A DNA stretch of 64,000 bases from an uncultured Collinsella sp. (GTDB taxonomy: Bacteria > Actinomycetota > Coriobacteriia > Coriobacteriales > Coriobacteriaceae). The first letter of the stretch is position 1; each line of letters starts with the position of its first letter. Below, one piece after another: positions 30,081-40,536 of the stretch. The translations under genes were made by a program, and so were the position numbers. The stretch lies in NCBI GenBank assembly GCA_900544845.1, contig UQWV01000002.1, forward strand, positions 20,721 to 84,720, given 5' to 3'. Under the pieces are notes generated by a model. That model worked only from the letters and a program-made list of their open reading frames with translations. It was not told the origin of the DNA and made no database searches.

Positions 30081-31019
30081 ATGCTCGATCAGGCTTATTC
30101 TCGTCGTCAGTTCCTCGGCCTCGCTGGTGGTCTTGCCAGCATCGTCGGTCTCGGTCTCGTTGGGTGCGGCGGCTCCGGCGCATCCGATGCCGCCGACAAG
30201 GGTAGCGCCGCTGCTGCCGAGTCCGTCTCCGGCGAGGTGACCTACGACGGTGCCTCTTCGTTCCAGGCTCTCGTCGAGGCCGCTGCCGAGAAGTTCATGG
30301 ACGCCAACCCCGATGTCTCCGTCTCCGGCTCGGGTAACGGTTCGGGCAAGGGCCTGACCGCTGTCGCCGCCGGCACCGTCACCATCGGCAACTCCGACGT
30401 CTTCGCCGAGACCAAGCTTGAGGCCGATCAAGTCAAGAACCTCGTCGACCACGAGGTCGCCGTCGTGGGCATGGGCCCCGTCGTCTCCAAGAACGTGACG
30501 GTCGACGACCTGTCCCTCGAGCAGCTCAAGGGTATCTTCTCCGGTCAGATTACCAACTGGAAGGAGGTCGGCGGCGACGACGCTGCCATCGTCGTGCTCA
30601 ACCGCAAGGCCGGCTCCGGTACCCGCGCCACCTTCGAGGCCGCCGTCTTTGGCGACGAGACCGTCGACTTTAAGGGCGACGCCGAGCTCGACAAGTCCGG
30701 CGACGTCCAGACTCAGATGGGCAGCACCGACAACGCCATCTCCTACCTCGATTTCTCGCACTTTGATGACTCCAAGTTCAACGCCATCAAGGTCGAGGGC
30801 GTCGAGCCCAAGAGCAAGAATGTCACCGACGACTCCTTCAAGATCTGGGCTACCGAGCACATGTACTGCGCTAAGGATGCCGACGAGGCCACCAAGGCCT
30901 TCCTGGAGTTCATGCTTTCCGATGACGTCCAGGGCAAGCTCGTCGAGGAGCAGGGCTTTATCCCCGTCTCTGCCATGAAGGTCGTCAAGGACGCCAGCGG
31001 CAAGGTCTCCGCTAAATAA
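30081..31019 (+). CDS. pstS: Phosphate ABC transporter substrate-binding lipoprotein
   Basis: SRRQFLG Tat-like signal plus LVGC lipobox, and PstS-family similarity. AAAGGAAG RBS. Confidence 0.85.
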   Translation: MLDQAYSRRQFLGLAGGLASIVGLGLVGCGGSGASDAADKGSAAAAESVSGEVTYDGASSFQALVEAAAEKFMDANPDVSVSGSGNGSGKGLTAVAAGTVTIGNSDVFAETKLEADQVKNLVDHEVAVVGMGPVVSKNVTVDDLSLEQLKGIFSGQITNWKEVGGDDAAIVVLNRKAGSGTRATFEAAVFGDETVDFKGDAELDKSGDVQTQMGSTDNAISYLDFSHFDDSKFNAIKVEGVEPKSKNVTDDSFKIWATEHMYCAKDADEATKAFLEFMLSDDVQGKLVEEQGFIPVSAMKVVKDASGKVSAK

Positions 31020-31043
31020 GTAATCGCCCCGGAAAGGTTTGCA

Positions 31044-31952
31044 ATGGCAAAACAGCTGCCAAAGCGCGACCTTGAGAACGTGGGCCTGGGCGTCACGGGC
31101 GCGTGCGTTGCGCTCGTGACGCTTGTCGTTGCCGCGCTCATCTTTATGGTCGCCCAAAAGGGCCTCTCGGCTTTTGTCAAGGACGGCGTCTCGGTCGTCG
31201 AGTTTTTCACCGGCACCAAGTGGGACCTGGCCAACACGGCCAAAAACGGCCTGCCCTACACCGGCGCCCTGCCCCTGATCGTCACCTCGTTTGCGGTCAT
31301 GGCGCTCTCCACGCTTATCGCGCTGCCCATCGCTATCGGCTCTGCCATCTTTGCGGTTGAGATCCAGCCTAAGTTTGGTTCCAAGGTCTTTCAGCCGCTT
31401 ATTGAGCTTTTGACTGGTATTCCTTCGGTCGTCTTTGGTCTGATCGGTTTTCACGTGGTCGTCGGCCTTATGAAGAGCGTTTTCCACGTAAGCACGGGCT
31501 TGGGCATCTTGCCCGGCGCCATCGTGCTGGCCGTCATGATCCTGCCGACGATGACCACGCTTTCGGTCGATGGCCTGCGCGCCGTGCCCGACAGCTACCG
31601 CCAGGGCTCGCTCGCGCTGGGCTACACCCGCTGGCAGACCATCTGGCACGTGGTGCTCAAGTCCGCCATGCCGTCGCTCATGACTGCGGTCATTCTGGGT
31701 ATGACCCGCGCCTTTGGCGAGACGCTCGCCGTGCGCATGGTCATCGGCGGTATCGAGGCCATGCCGACGTCGCTGCTGTCGCCGGCCTCGACCATCACCA
31801 CCACGCTCACCACGTCCATGGCGGTCTATGCCGAGGGCTCGGCCCAGGACGATGTTCTGTGGGCGCTCGGTCTGCTGCTGATGGGCATGAGCCTCATCTT
31901 CATCCTGATCATCCATCTCATTGGCCGCAAGGGGGCGAAGGCTCGTGGCTAG
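31044..31952 (+). CDS. pstC: Phosphate ABC transporter permease PstC
   Basis: 6 TM helices and the EAA-like motif of the PstC family. Confidence 0.9.
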   Translation: MAKQLPKRDLENVGLGVTGACVALVTLVVAALIFMVAQKGLSAFVKDGVSVVEFFTGTKWDLANTAKNGLPYTGALPLIVTSFAVMALSTLIALPIAIGSAIFAVEIQPKFGSKVFQPLIELLTGIPSVVFGLIGFHVVVGLMKSVFHVSTGLGILPGAIVLAVMILPTMTTLSVDGLRAVPDSYRQGSLALGYTRWQTIWHVVLKSAMPSLMTAVILGMTRAFGETLAVRMVIGGIEAMPTSLLSPASTITTTLTTSMAVYAEGSAQDDVLWALGLLLMGMSLIFILIIHLIGRKGAKARG

Positions 31953-32867
31953 CACGCGCATCCACATTGACGAGGCGAGACTCGGGCGCGTCCAAAAGCA
32001 GGACCGCATCGCCACGGGCGTGCTGACGGCGATCGTCGCCATCGTCATGCTCATCGTCGTCTCCATGGTGGCCTATATCCTGTTTGAGGGCGTCTCGACG
32101 CTGTTCCAGCCGGGATTTCTCACGCAGCCCGCGCGCGCCAACGGAACCCAGGGCGGCGTGCTCTACCAGCTGTTCGACTCGTTCTACCTGCTGCTGATCA
32201 CTCTGGTCATCTCGGTGCCCATCAGTCTGGGCGGCGCGGTCTTTCTGGTTGAGTACGCGCCGAATGGGCCCATCCGCGACATCGCCTCCACCGCCATCGA
32301 GACGCTGTCCTCACTGCCCTCCATCGTTGTCGGCATGTTCGGTTTCCTGGTGTTCTCGGTGCAGCTGGGCTGGAAGTATTCCATCATCTCCGGCGCCGTC
32401 GCGCTCACCATGTTCAACATCCCCATCCTAGTGCGCGTGATTCAGCAGGCGCTCGAGGACGTGCCACAGGCCCAGCGCGATGCATGCCTGGCCATGGGCC
32501 TTACCCGCTGGGAGGCCACGCTGCACATCCTGATTCCCGAGGCCATGCCCGCCATCGTGACCGGCATCGTGCTTTCGGCCGGCCGTGTGTTTGGCGAGGC
32601 CGCAGCACTGCTCTTTACCTCGGGCATGAGCTCGCCGGTGCGTCTGAACTTCTTGAGCTTTAACCTGTCGAGTCCCACCTGCGCCTGGAACGTGTTCCGC
32701 CCCGGCGAGTCGCTCGCCGTGCACATCTACAAGATCTATGGCGAGGGCAGCCCCGAGGCTCAGCAGATCGTTTGGGGCACCGCGGCGCTGCTGATGATTT
32801 GCGTACTGCTGTTTAACGTAGCCGCCCGTATTGTGGGCAAGCAACTGGCAAGGAAGATGACGGCCGA

Positions 32868-32871
<4 letters not shown>
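31921..32871 (+). CDS. pstA: Phosphate ABC transporter permease PstA
   Basis: PstA-family similarity. The start is uncertain: the ORF-track ATG at 31921 overlaps pstC, and an in-frame GTG at 31945 overlaps the pstC stop. Confidence 0.8.
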
Positions 32872-33740
<869 letters not shown>

Positions 33741-33796
33741 TCCGGGGCATGCTTGAGGCCCGCGGCGGCCACGGTTGCTACGGGACTGATTGGAGA

Positions 33797-33836
33797 GGCG
33801 GGTCATCTCTTTTGGGAGATGGCCCGCCTTTTTGTG
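33797..33836 (+). terminator. Rho-independent terminator after pstB (no phoU follows)
   Basis: GGCGGGtCATCTCttttgGGAGATGgCCCGCC then TTTTTGTG. Confidence 0.65.
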
Positions 33837-33903
33837 TCGTGTGCGGCCCGCCTTTTCGCTGCTATCATGGACAACGTTGAATTTCTACGAAGGAGCAGGG
33901 CAT

Positions 33904-35763
33904 ATGGCGATTCTTTTGGGATGCGATTCCGTCAGCCTAGAGTTTCCCACCAAGCATATTTTCGATAGCGTGACGCTCGGCGTGGGCGAGGGCGACCGCA
34001 TTGGTATTGTCGGTAAAAACGGCGACGGCAAGTCGACGCTGCTGAGCGTGCTCGCCGGCACGCTGGAGCCCGACGACGGCCGCGTGACGCACCGCCGCGG
34101 CACCACGATCGGCCTGCTCGGCCAAAAGGACCAGCTGGCCGATACTGATACCGTGCATCATGCCGTCGTGGGCGACACGCCCGAGTACGAGTGGGCGTCG
34201 AGTCCGCGTACGCGCCAGATCCTCGCCGGCCTCATCAGCGACGTGCCCTGGGAGGGCACGGTGGGCGAGCTTTCGGGCGGTCAGCGCCGCCGCGTGGACC
34301 TCGCGCGCCTGCTGATCGGCGACTACGACGTGCTCATGCTCGACGAGCCCACCAACCACCTGGACATGCGCGCCATCAACTGGCTCGCGCGTCACTTAAA
34401 GGCCCGCTGGCAGCGCGGTCAGGGCGCCATGCTCGTGGTCACGCACGATCGCTGGTTCTTGGACGAGGTCTGCACCAGCATGTGGGAGGTCCACGACGGC
34501 CAGGTCGACCCCTTCGAGGGCGGCTACTCGGCATATATCCTTCAGCGCGTAGAGCGCGACCGCATGGCCGCCGTCACCGAGGAGCGCCGCCGCAACATGG
34601 CGCGCAAGGAGCTCGCGTGGCTGAGCCGCGGCGCCCAGGCTCGTTCCACCAAGCCCAAGTTTCGCGTTGAGGCTGCTCGCGAGCTGATCGCCGACGTGCC
34701 GCCCGTGCGCGACGAGCTGGAGCTCAAGCGCCTCGCCGTGAGCCGCCTAGGCAAGCAGGTCATCGACGTGATCGACGTTGATACCGGCTATGCGGATACC
34801 GACGGCGCGCCCAAGCAGGTGCTCTCCGACGTGACCTGGCTTATCGGCGCGGGCGACCGCTATGGTCTTTTGGGCGAGAACGGCGCCGGCAAGTCGACCT
34901 TGCTCGATGTGATTCAGGGCAAGATTGCGCCCACGCGCGGCCGCGTGAAGATTGGCCAGACAGTGCGCTTTGGCGTGCTGTCGCAGCAGCTCGAGGAGCT
35001 CGAGCCCTACATGGGCGACACGATCCGCGAGGTGCTGAGCAACTATAAGAAGTATTACGTCATCGACGGCAAGGAGACCTCTCCCGAGAAGCTTTGCGAG
35101 CGCCTGGGCTTTACGACGCAGCAGCTCTGGAGCCGCATCGGCGACCTTTCGGGCGGCCAGCGCCGTCGCCTGTCGCTGCTGCTGACAATCCTGGACGAGC
35201 CCAACGTGCTTATCCTGGACGAGCCGGGCAACGACCTGGATACCGATATGCTCGCGATTGTCGAGGACCTGCTCGATGGCTGGCCCGGCACGTTGATTCT
35301 GGTGACGCACGACCGCTTTTTGATGGAGCGCGTGACCGACCAGCAGTGGGCACTGCTCGATGGCCATCTGACGCATATGCCCGGCGGCGTCGACCAGTAC
35401 CTGCGCCTGTGCAACGCCACCGCCGAGGGCGAGCCCGTGGGCGCGCCGAGTGCCAAGACCGGCACGTTCGACACCGGTGCCGCGGCAGCTGCGGCCGAAA
35501 AGCCCAAGTCGAGCGGTCAGCCCAACGGCCTGTCCAACGCCGAGCGCCAGAAGCTCCGCCGCGAGGTGAGTTCGCTCGAGCGCAAGATGGAGACGCAGCG
35601 CGCCCGCGTTGAGGAGGCCGAGGCAGCAATGGCCCAAGTCGATCCCACCAACTACACGGCGCTCGGCGAGCAGCAGGCAAAGATCGACGAGGCTCACGCC
35701 GCCATGGACGAGCTGGAGATGGCGTGGCTCGAGGCGAGCGAAAAGCTCGAGGGCGAGGAGTAG
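33904..35763 (+). CDS. ABC-F family ATPase (two ABC domains, C-terminal coiled coil; translation-factor-type)
   Basis: Two Walker A motifs (GKNGDGKST, GENGAGKST) and two LSGGQRRR signatures. No TM domains. Confidence 0.85.
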   Translation: MAILLGCDSVSLEFPTKHIFDSVTLGVGEGDRIGIVGKNGDGKSTLLSVLAGTLEPDDGRVTHRRGTTIGLLGQKDQLADTDTVHHAVVGDTPEYEWASSPRTRQILAGLISDVPWEGTVGELSGGQRRRVDLARLLIGDYDVLMLDEPTNHLDMRAINWLARHLKARWQRGQGAMLVVTHDRWFLDEVCTSMWEVHDGQVDPFEGGYSAYILQRVERDRMAAVTEERRRNMARKELAWLSRGAQARSTKPKFRVEAARELIADVPPVRDELELKRLAVSRLGKQVIDVIDVDTGYADTDGAPKQVLSDVTWLIGAGDRYGLLGENGAGKSTLLDVIQGKIAPTRGRVKIGQTVRFGVLSQQLEELEPYMGDTIREVLSNYKKYYVIDGKETSPEKLCERLGFTTQQLWSRIGDLSGGQRRRLSLLLTILDEPNVLILDEPGNDLDTDMLAIVEDLLDGWPGTLILVTHDRFLMERVTDQQWALLDGHLTHMPGGVDQYLRLCNATAEGEPVGAPSAKTGTFDTGAAAAAAEKPKSSGQPNGLSNAERQKLRREVSSLERKMETQRARVEEAEAAMAQVDPTNYTALGEQQAKIDEAHAAMDELEMAWLEASEKLEGEE

Positions 35764-35769
35764 ACGAGG

Positions 35770-36540
35770 ATGATCAAAGCCGCGTTTTTCGATATCGACG
35801 GCACGCTGCTGAGCTTTAAGACCCACCGGATTCCGGCGTCGGCGCAGCAGGTGCTCGACAGCTTTCACGAGCAGGGGATCGCATGCGTGATCGCCACGGG
35901 TCGCCCGACCTACCAGATGCCGGACTGGCTGTTCGACCTGGGCTGGGATGCGTACATTACGCTCTCGGGTCAGCACTGTTTTGATGCCGAGGGGGTTTAC
36001 CGCAGCTGTCCGATCGATCCGGACGACGTTGCGGTGATTGTGGACCAGGTGGCGCAGGGGCGCTATGACTCGCTGTGCATGCAGGGCGAGAACTCGTTTG
36101 TGAACCGCCTGTCCGAGCGCGTGGTGACGGCTGGCAGCAACGCGGGAATCGTCTACCACGAGGAGCCGTTTGAGCACGCCTTTGAAGCACCGGTCTACCA
36201 GTTCTGCGCCTTTGTGGACCCGGCCGACGAACATATCGTGACCGACGCCGTGTCGCATTCGCTCACCACGCGCTGGTGCGACCTGTTCTGCGACATTATT
36301 CCCGCTAACGGCGGCAAGGACCTGGGTGTGGCGGCGACGCTGGAGCGTCTGGATATCGACGCGAGCGAGGCGATCGCCTTTGGCGACGGCGAGAACGACC
36401 TATCGATGTATTCCGCCGTGGGCACGAGCGTGGCCATGGGTAACGCACAGGACACGGTGAAAGCTGCGGCGACCTATGTGACGACCGCCGTGGACGACGA
36501 CGGAATCTACAACGCCGCGAAGCACTTTGGACTGTTATAA
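35770..36540 (+). CDS. Cof-type HAD-IIB hydrolase
   Basis: FFDIDGTLL motif I and GDGENDLSM motif. Confidence 0.85.
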   Translation: MIKAAFFDIDGTLLSFKTHRIPASAQQVLDSFHEQGIACVIATGRPTYQMPDWLFDLGWDAYITLSGQHCFDAEGVYRSCPIDPDDVAVIVDQVAQGRYDSLCMQGENSFVNRLSERVVTAGSNAGIVYHEEPFEHAFEAPVYQFCAFVDPADEHIVTDAVSHSLTTRWCDLFCDIIPANGGKDLGVAATLERLDIDASEAIAFGDGENDLSMYSAVGTSVAMGNAQDTVKAAATYVTTAVDDDGIYNAAKHFGLL

Positions 36541-36584
36541 CTGCGGCTCGGCACTTAGGGATGCTCCTTTTCTGCCGGCAGCTG

Positions 36585-36620
36585 GGGGACACTCCTTGCG
36601 GGGCGTCCCCATTTTGTTTT
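36585..36620 (+). terminator. Terminator after the Cof hydrolase gene
   Basis: GGGGACactccttgcggggcGTCCCC followed by ATTTTGTTTT. Confidence 0.55.
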
Positions 36621-36640
36621 CGTCCCGCACGTTTTGTGAA

Positions 36641-36727
36641 ACACGGCTAACTTTTAGACAAAGTAGTAAGACATGGGCAACTTTTGCGGTAAAGTTAGCC
36701 GTGGAAAGTATCCAAAGGCTAACTAGC
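36641..36727. promoter_or_regulatory. Candidate DtxR/MntR-family operator half-sites upstream of the regulator gene
   Basis: Inverted repeat CACGGCTAACTTT…AAAGTTAGCCGTG plus a third GGCTAACT. It resembles the TTAGGTTAGCCTAACCTAA class of boxes. Confidence 0.35.
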
Positions 36728-36749
36728 AATCATCGCGAAAGGCGGCCCA

Positions 36750-37138
36750 TGGCCCTACGTGAATCCGGAGAAGACTATCTCGAATCGATCTACGTTCTGT
36801 CGGAACGTCAGGGCGTCGTGCGCTCGATCGACGTTGCGGAGTACCTCGGTGTAACTAAGGCGAGCGTTTCCAAGGCCATGGCGACGTTGGAAAGCAACGG
36901 CTATGTCGAAATGGGCAAGCGAGATGTTCATCTGACGGAGCGTGGCCTGGAGGTCGCTCGTCAAATGTGGGAGCGTCACTGCTTTTTCGTGGGGCTGCTA
37001 GAGGATGCGGGTGTTTCGGCTGAGGTCGCGTCGCAAGAGGGCTGCCACATGGAGCACTGCCTGAGCGAGGAAAGCTTCGAGAAACTGAGGGCGATGCTGA
37101 ACCGGGGCGAGGCGACGGGCCAAGCGGCGGAATCCTAA
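36750..37138 (+). CDS. DtxR/MntR-family metal-dependent transcriptional regulator (no SH3 domain)
   Basis: 129 aa. The N-terminal HTH (…EDYLESIYVL…SIDVAEYLGVTKASVSKAM…) and metal-site residues are typical of the family. Confidence 0.8.
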
Positions 37139-37269
37139 CGAACCCCCAGTAGCGCGGAGTTCGCGCAAAGCGCGAAGCAGCGACCGGGACCAGCGGCCCT
37201 TTCGGCCAAGTCCATTTCAGCAAAGGAGCCCCGCCAGCAAGCGATGCCCAAGAACTGCCAGCTACGTCA

Positions 37270-37402
37270 CCGCAGGCCGGGACCGGGCTTGGTTTTGAAA
37301 ACATTCCACAGCGCGAGGCCCGCCTTTCCGTTGCTCCGCAGGAGCAGGAAAGACGGGCCTCATGCGCGAGGACGTTTTCAAAACCAAGCCCGGTCCCGGC
37401 CG
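37270..37402. repeat. Large nested hairpin between convergent genes (bidirectional terminator / REP-like)
   Basis: Outer stem is the 26-bp CCGGGACCGGGCTTGGTTTTGAAAAC/GTTTTCAAAACCAAGCCCGGTCCCGG. Inner stem is GAGGCCCGCCTTTCC/GGAAAGACGGGCCTC. Confidence 0.55.
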
Positions 37403-37417
37403 GACAGCCCACGAACG

Positions 37418-39370
37418 CTACAGGTTCTTGACACCCATCGCGCGCATGGCATTCAGGATGGCGATAATCGCCACGCCTACGTCGCCGAACACGGCAAGCC
37501 ACATATTGGCGATGCCCAGCGCCGCGAGCACCAGAATCAGCAGCTTAATGCCCAGCGCAAAGATGATGTTCTGCCAAACAATCGTCATGGTCTTGCGTGC
37601 CACGCGGATCGCGCGGGAAATGTTGGACGGCTTGTCGTCCATGAGCACGACATCGGCGGCCTCGATCGCAGCGTCAGAACCCATAGCGCCCATGGCAATG
37701 CCCACATCGGCGCGCGTAAGCACGGGCGCATCGTTGATGCCGTCGCCCACAAAGGCGAGCTTGCCCTTGCCACTCTCGGTTGCAAGCAGCGCCTCGACGC
37801 GCTCGACCTTATCGCCCGGCAGCAGCTGCGCGTGGAACTCGTCGAGACTGAGTTGCTTGGCCACAGACGCCGCAACCTCCTCGCGGTCGCCCGTGAGCAT
37901 GACGGTGCGCTTGACACCGGCGGCGTGCAGGTCGCGAATCGTTTGCTCAGCATCGGCCTTGACGGTGTCTGCAATCACGATGTGGCCGGCGTACACGCCA
38001 TCAACGAGCACATGCAGAATCGTTCCGATGACCTCGCAATCGGGCGCTTCGACTCCGGCCGCGGCGAGCATCTTTGCGTTGCCAACGACGACGTGCTTGC
38101 CGTCGATGGTTGCCGTCACGCCATGGCCCGCGTCGTTGGTGGAGTCGCTTACGCGCTTGGGGTCGACCTCGCCCTGGTAGGCGACACGTACGGACTGCGC
38201 GATGGGGTGATCGGAGAACGACTCAGCAAGGGCTGCGACTTCGAGCAACGACTGCTCGGTATAGCCGGCCTCGGGGTGTACCGCGACCACCGAGAACGTG
38301 CCGTTGGTGAGGGTGCCCGTCTTGTCAAAGACGACGGTGTCCACGTCGGCGAGCGTCTCGAGGTAGTTAGAACCCTTGATGAGAACGCCCAGCTTGGACG
38401 CGCCGCCGATGCCGCCAAAGAAGCTCAACGGTACGCTGATTACGAGCGCGCACGGGCAGCTGACGACCAAGAAGGTCAGGCCGCGCAGAATCCAGTCGGA
38501 CCAGGCACCGGTGACCAGGCCACCGCCGAGCGCGAGCACCGCGGCAGCGCCGGTGACGGCGGGCGTGTAGATGCGGGCAAAGCGCGTGATGAAGTTCTCG
38601 GTGCGTGCCTTCTTTTCGCTGGCATTCTCCACGAGTTCCAGGACGCGTGCGACGGTGGACTCGCCAAAGGGCTTGGTGGTGCGCACGTGGATGAGCCCCG
38701 TCATGTTGATGCAGCCGCTGATGATATCGTCTCCGGTTTTGGCCGGGCGGGGGACCGACTCACCGGTAAGGGCGGCGGTGTCGAGCTGGGTTTCGCCCTC
38801 GACGATGACGCCGTCGATAGGCACGCGCTCACCGGGCTTGACCACGATCACGGTGCCGACGGCGATGTCATCGGGGAAGACCTGCTCGAGTGTGCCGTCG
38901 GGGTGCTCGACGTTAGCGTAGTCGGGCGCGATGTCCATCATGGCACTGATCGACTTGCGGCTCTTGCCCACGGCGTACGCCTGAAACAGCTCGCCGACCT
39001 GGTAGAACAGCATGACGGCGGCGCCTTCGGCCATGTGCGGGTCGGTATCGGGGAAGAGCACCATGGCAAACGCGCCGATGGTCGCGACGGCCATGAGGAA
39101 GCTCTCGTCGAAGGCCTTGCCGCGGCGGATGTTATTGAATGCCTTTTGCAGTACGTCGTAGCCGGCAATCAAAAACGGCACGAGGAACAGCACAAAGCTG
39201 GCGTAGATGTCGCCCGGGGTGCCGAATGCGGCAGTGAGGGTGCCGAGCTCATCGAGGGCGTACACCACGGCAAAAATGCCCAGCGCTACCAGGATGCGGT
39301 TGCGCTTATGCTCGAGTGATTCTTTTTTCTTGCGCTTCTTCTTTTTCTTTTTGGGGTCGGCGGTGGCCAT
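37418..39370 (-). CDS. Heavy-metal (Cd/Zn/Pb-type) translocating P1B-type ATPase lacking an N-terminal HMA domain
   Basis: CPC motif (SCPCALVISVP), DKTGTLT, and GDGINDAP. The N-terminus is lysine-rich (KKKKKKRKKK). Start at ATG 39370 after GGGAGGA. Confidence 0.85.
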   Translation of the reverse strand: MATADPKKKKKKRKKKESLEHKRNRILVALGIFAVVYALDELGTLTAAFGTPGDIYASFVLFLVPFLIAGYDVLQKAFNNIRRGKAFDESFLMAVATIGAFAMVLFPDTDPHMAEGAAVMLFYQVGELFQAYAVGKSRKSISAMMDIAPDYANVEHPDGTLEQVFPDDIAVGTVIVVKPGERVPIDGVIVEGETQLDTAALTGESVPRPAKTGDDIISGCINMTGLIHVRTTKPFGESTVARVLELVENASEKKARTENFITRFARIYTPAVTGAAAVLALGGGLVTGAWSDWILRGLTFLVVSCPCALVISVPLSFFGGIGGASKLGVLIKGSNYLETLADVDTVVFDKTGTLTNGTFSVVAVHPEAGYTEQSLLEVAALAESFSDHPIAQSVRVAYQGEVDPKRVSDSTNDAGHGVTATIDGKHVVVGNAKMLAAAGVEAPDCEVIGTILHVLVDGVYAGHIVIADTVKADAEQTIRDLHAAGVKRTVMLTGDREEVAASVAKQLSLDEFHAQLLPGDKVERVEALLATESGKGKLAFVGDGINDAPVLTRADVGIAMGAMGSDAAIEAADVVLMDDKPSNISRAIRVARKTMTIVWQNIIFALGIKLLILVLAALGIANMWLAVFGDVGVAIIAILNAMRAMGVKNL

Positions 39371-39386
39371 GACTCGTATCCTCCCA

Positions 39387-39420
39387 TTTGAATGTATGAA
39401 CATTCGCTCATATAATTTCG
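39387..39420. promoter_or_regulatory. Single-arm copy of the same operator motif directly upstream of the P-type ATPase RBS
   Basis: On the minus strand this reads ATTATATGAGCGAATGTTCATACATTC. That nearly matches the right arm at 40164-40187. Confidence 0.45.
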
Positions 39421-39470
39421 CGAGCAAAGGCCGCAGCAAGCGCGGCCTTGCAGGTTGGCGTAAACCTTGG

Positions 39471-39689
39471 CTAGAGAATGATCTCGCAGTCCGGCTCGGC
39501 GTCGGCGGTGAACTCCACAACGCGGTCGAGGACCTCGTCGAACTCGGCGTCATCGGCCTCGAGCGTCAACTTCTGGGTCATAAAGTTGACCGAAACGGAT
39601 TTGACGCCCTCGAGCTTGGCCAACTCGTCCTGAAGCTCGCGCGCACAGTTGGCGCAATCGATCTCATCGAGCTTGTACTGCTTTTTCAT
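39471..39689 (-). CDS. Stand-alone heavy-metal-associated (HMA) domain protein, CadA-type metal site
   Basis: 72 aa. The DCANCA motif resembles the CadA N-terminal FTCANCA. GGGAAAGGA RBS. Confidence 0.7.
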   Translation of the reverse strand: MKKQYKLDEIDCANCARELQDELAKLEGVKSVSVNFMTQKLTLEADDAEFDEVLDRVVEFTADAEPDCEIIL

Positions 39690-39751
39690 GGTGGGTTCCT
39701 TTCCCGTTTTTGCGGCTTGGGTGCAGGCCGCGCTGGTACCGTGGTTGGTTG

Positions 39752-40117
39752 CTATTCGCAGATATGGCTCATGCCCTGGTTGAGCATGGTGTAGACGTGG
39801 TCGTCGGCGAGCGAGTATAGGATATTGCGCCCGTCGCGCCGGAATTTAACCAGGTGCGACTGCTTGAGTGTGCGCAGCTGGTGCGACACCGCGGACTGCG
39901 AGGTTTCGGTCGCTTCGGCGATGTCTGCCACGCAGAGCTCGCGGCCCATGAGGGCGTAAAGGATCTTGATGCGCGTGGTGTCGCTGAAGACCTTGAACAG
40001 GTCGGCGAGGTCGTAGAGAAGCTCCTCGTCGGGAAGGTCCTCGGGCGAGCAGGTGGTCGGGATCGCGGGTTCGGTGGCCTCGATGTCGAGTTTCGTTTCA
40101 TCAACGCGGATGCTCAT
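39752..40117 (-). CDS. ArsR/SmtB-family metalloregulator (CadC/CzrA-like)
   Basis: The HTH …RIKILYALMGRELCVADIAEATETSQSAVSHQLRTLK… and an N-terminal Cys. AAAGGA RBS. Confidence 0.8.
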   Translation of the reverse strand: MSIRVDETKLDIEATEPAIPTTCSPEDLPDEELLYDLADLFKVFSDTTRIKILYALMGRELCVADIAEATETSQSAVSHQLRTLKQSHLVKFRRDGRNILYSLADDHVYTMLNQGMSHICE

Positions 40118-40130
40118 TGCAATATCCTTT

Positions 40131-40187
40131 CATATGAACATGCGCTCATATAATTTACTTTCGATTATATGAGTGCATGTTCATATG
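40131..40187. promoter_or_regulatory. Putative ArsR/SmtB operator: 24-bp imperfect inverted repeat overlapping a TATAAT -10 upstream of the regulator gene
   Basis: CATATGAACATGCGCTCATATAAT-9nt-ATTATATGAGTGCATGTTCATATG. It contains the TGAACA…TGTTCA core known from CzrA/SmtB-type operators. Confidence 0.55.
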
Positions 40188-40536
40188 TCAATGACGTTCA
40201 GGTAATTCGTTGTACAAAATGATGGGGAATAGTGGACGAGATCCCGGACTGAGCGTTTTTTGATAGTCGATGCCAAGGTGGGTACCCTCGTGCCGTGCAA
40301 AAAATGGAGTATTCTGCAACTATAGGGGTCCGCTAATTTATTGCAGGTCATATAATGCAGTTCAAGAGTTATCTTAGGGTGTTAATCCGATGAGTTCTTC
40401 CTCAAATGTTGCCTAACGCTCTCACGCAAGAGTGATTTCGCTCCACATTTGGATCCACTCGAGGGTGATAGACACCCGACCCTGCTGAATACTCGCAATT
40501 TTGCACGTCGCTAGGGTACCCACCTTGTTAGCCGGC

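Noticed and set aside
29967-32066. 699-aa ORF antisense to pstS/pstC
   Set aside because: It spans two well-supported genes and their intergenic region on the opposite strand. Its composition is G/D/R-rich junk.
34747-36258. 503-aa ORF antisense to the ABC-F and Cof genes
   Set aside because: Antisense artifact.
37244-39319. 691-aa ORF antisense to the P-type ATPase
   Set aside because: Antisense artifact; the sense frame has CPC/DKTGT motifs.
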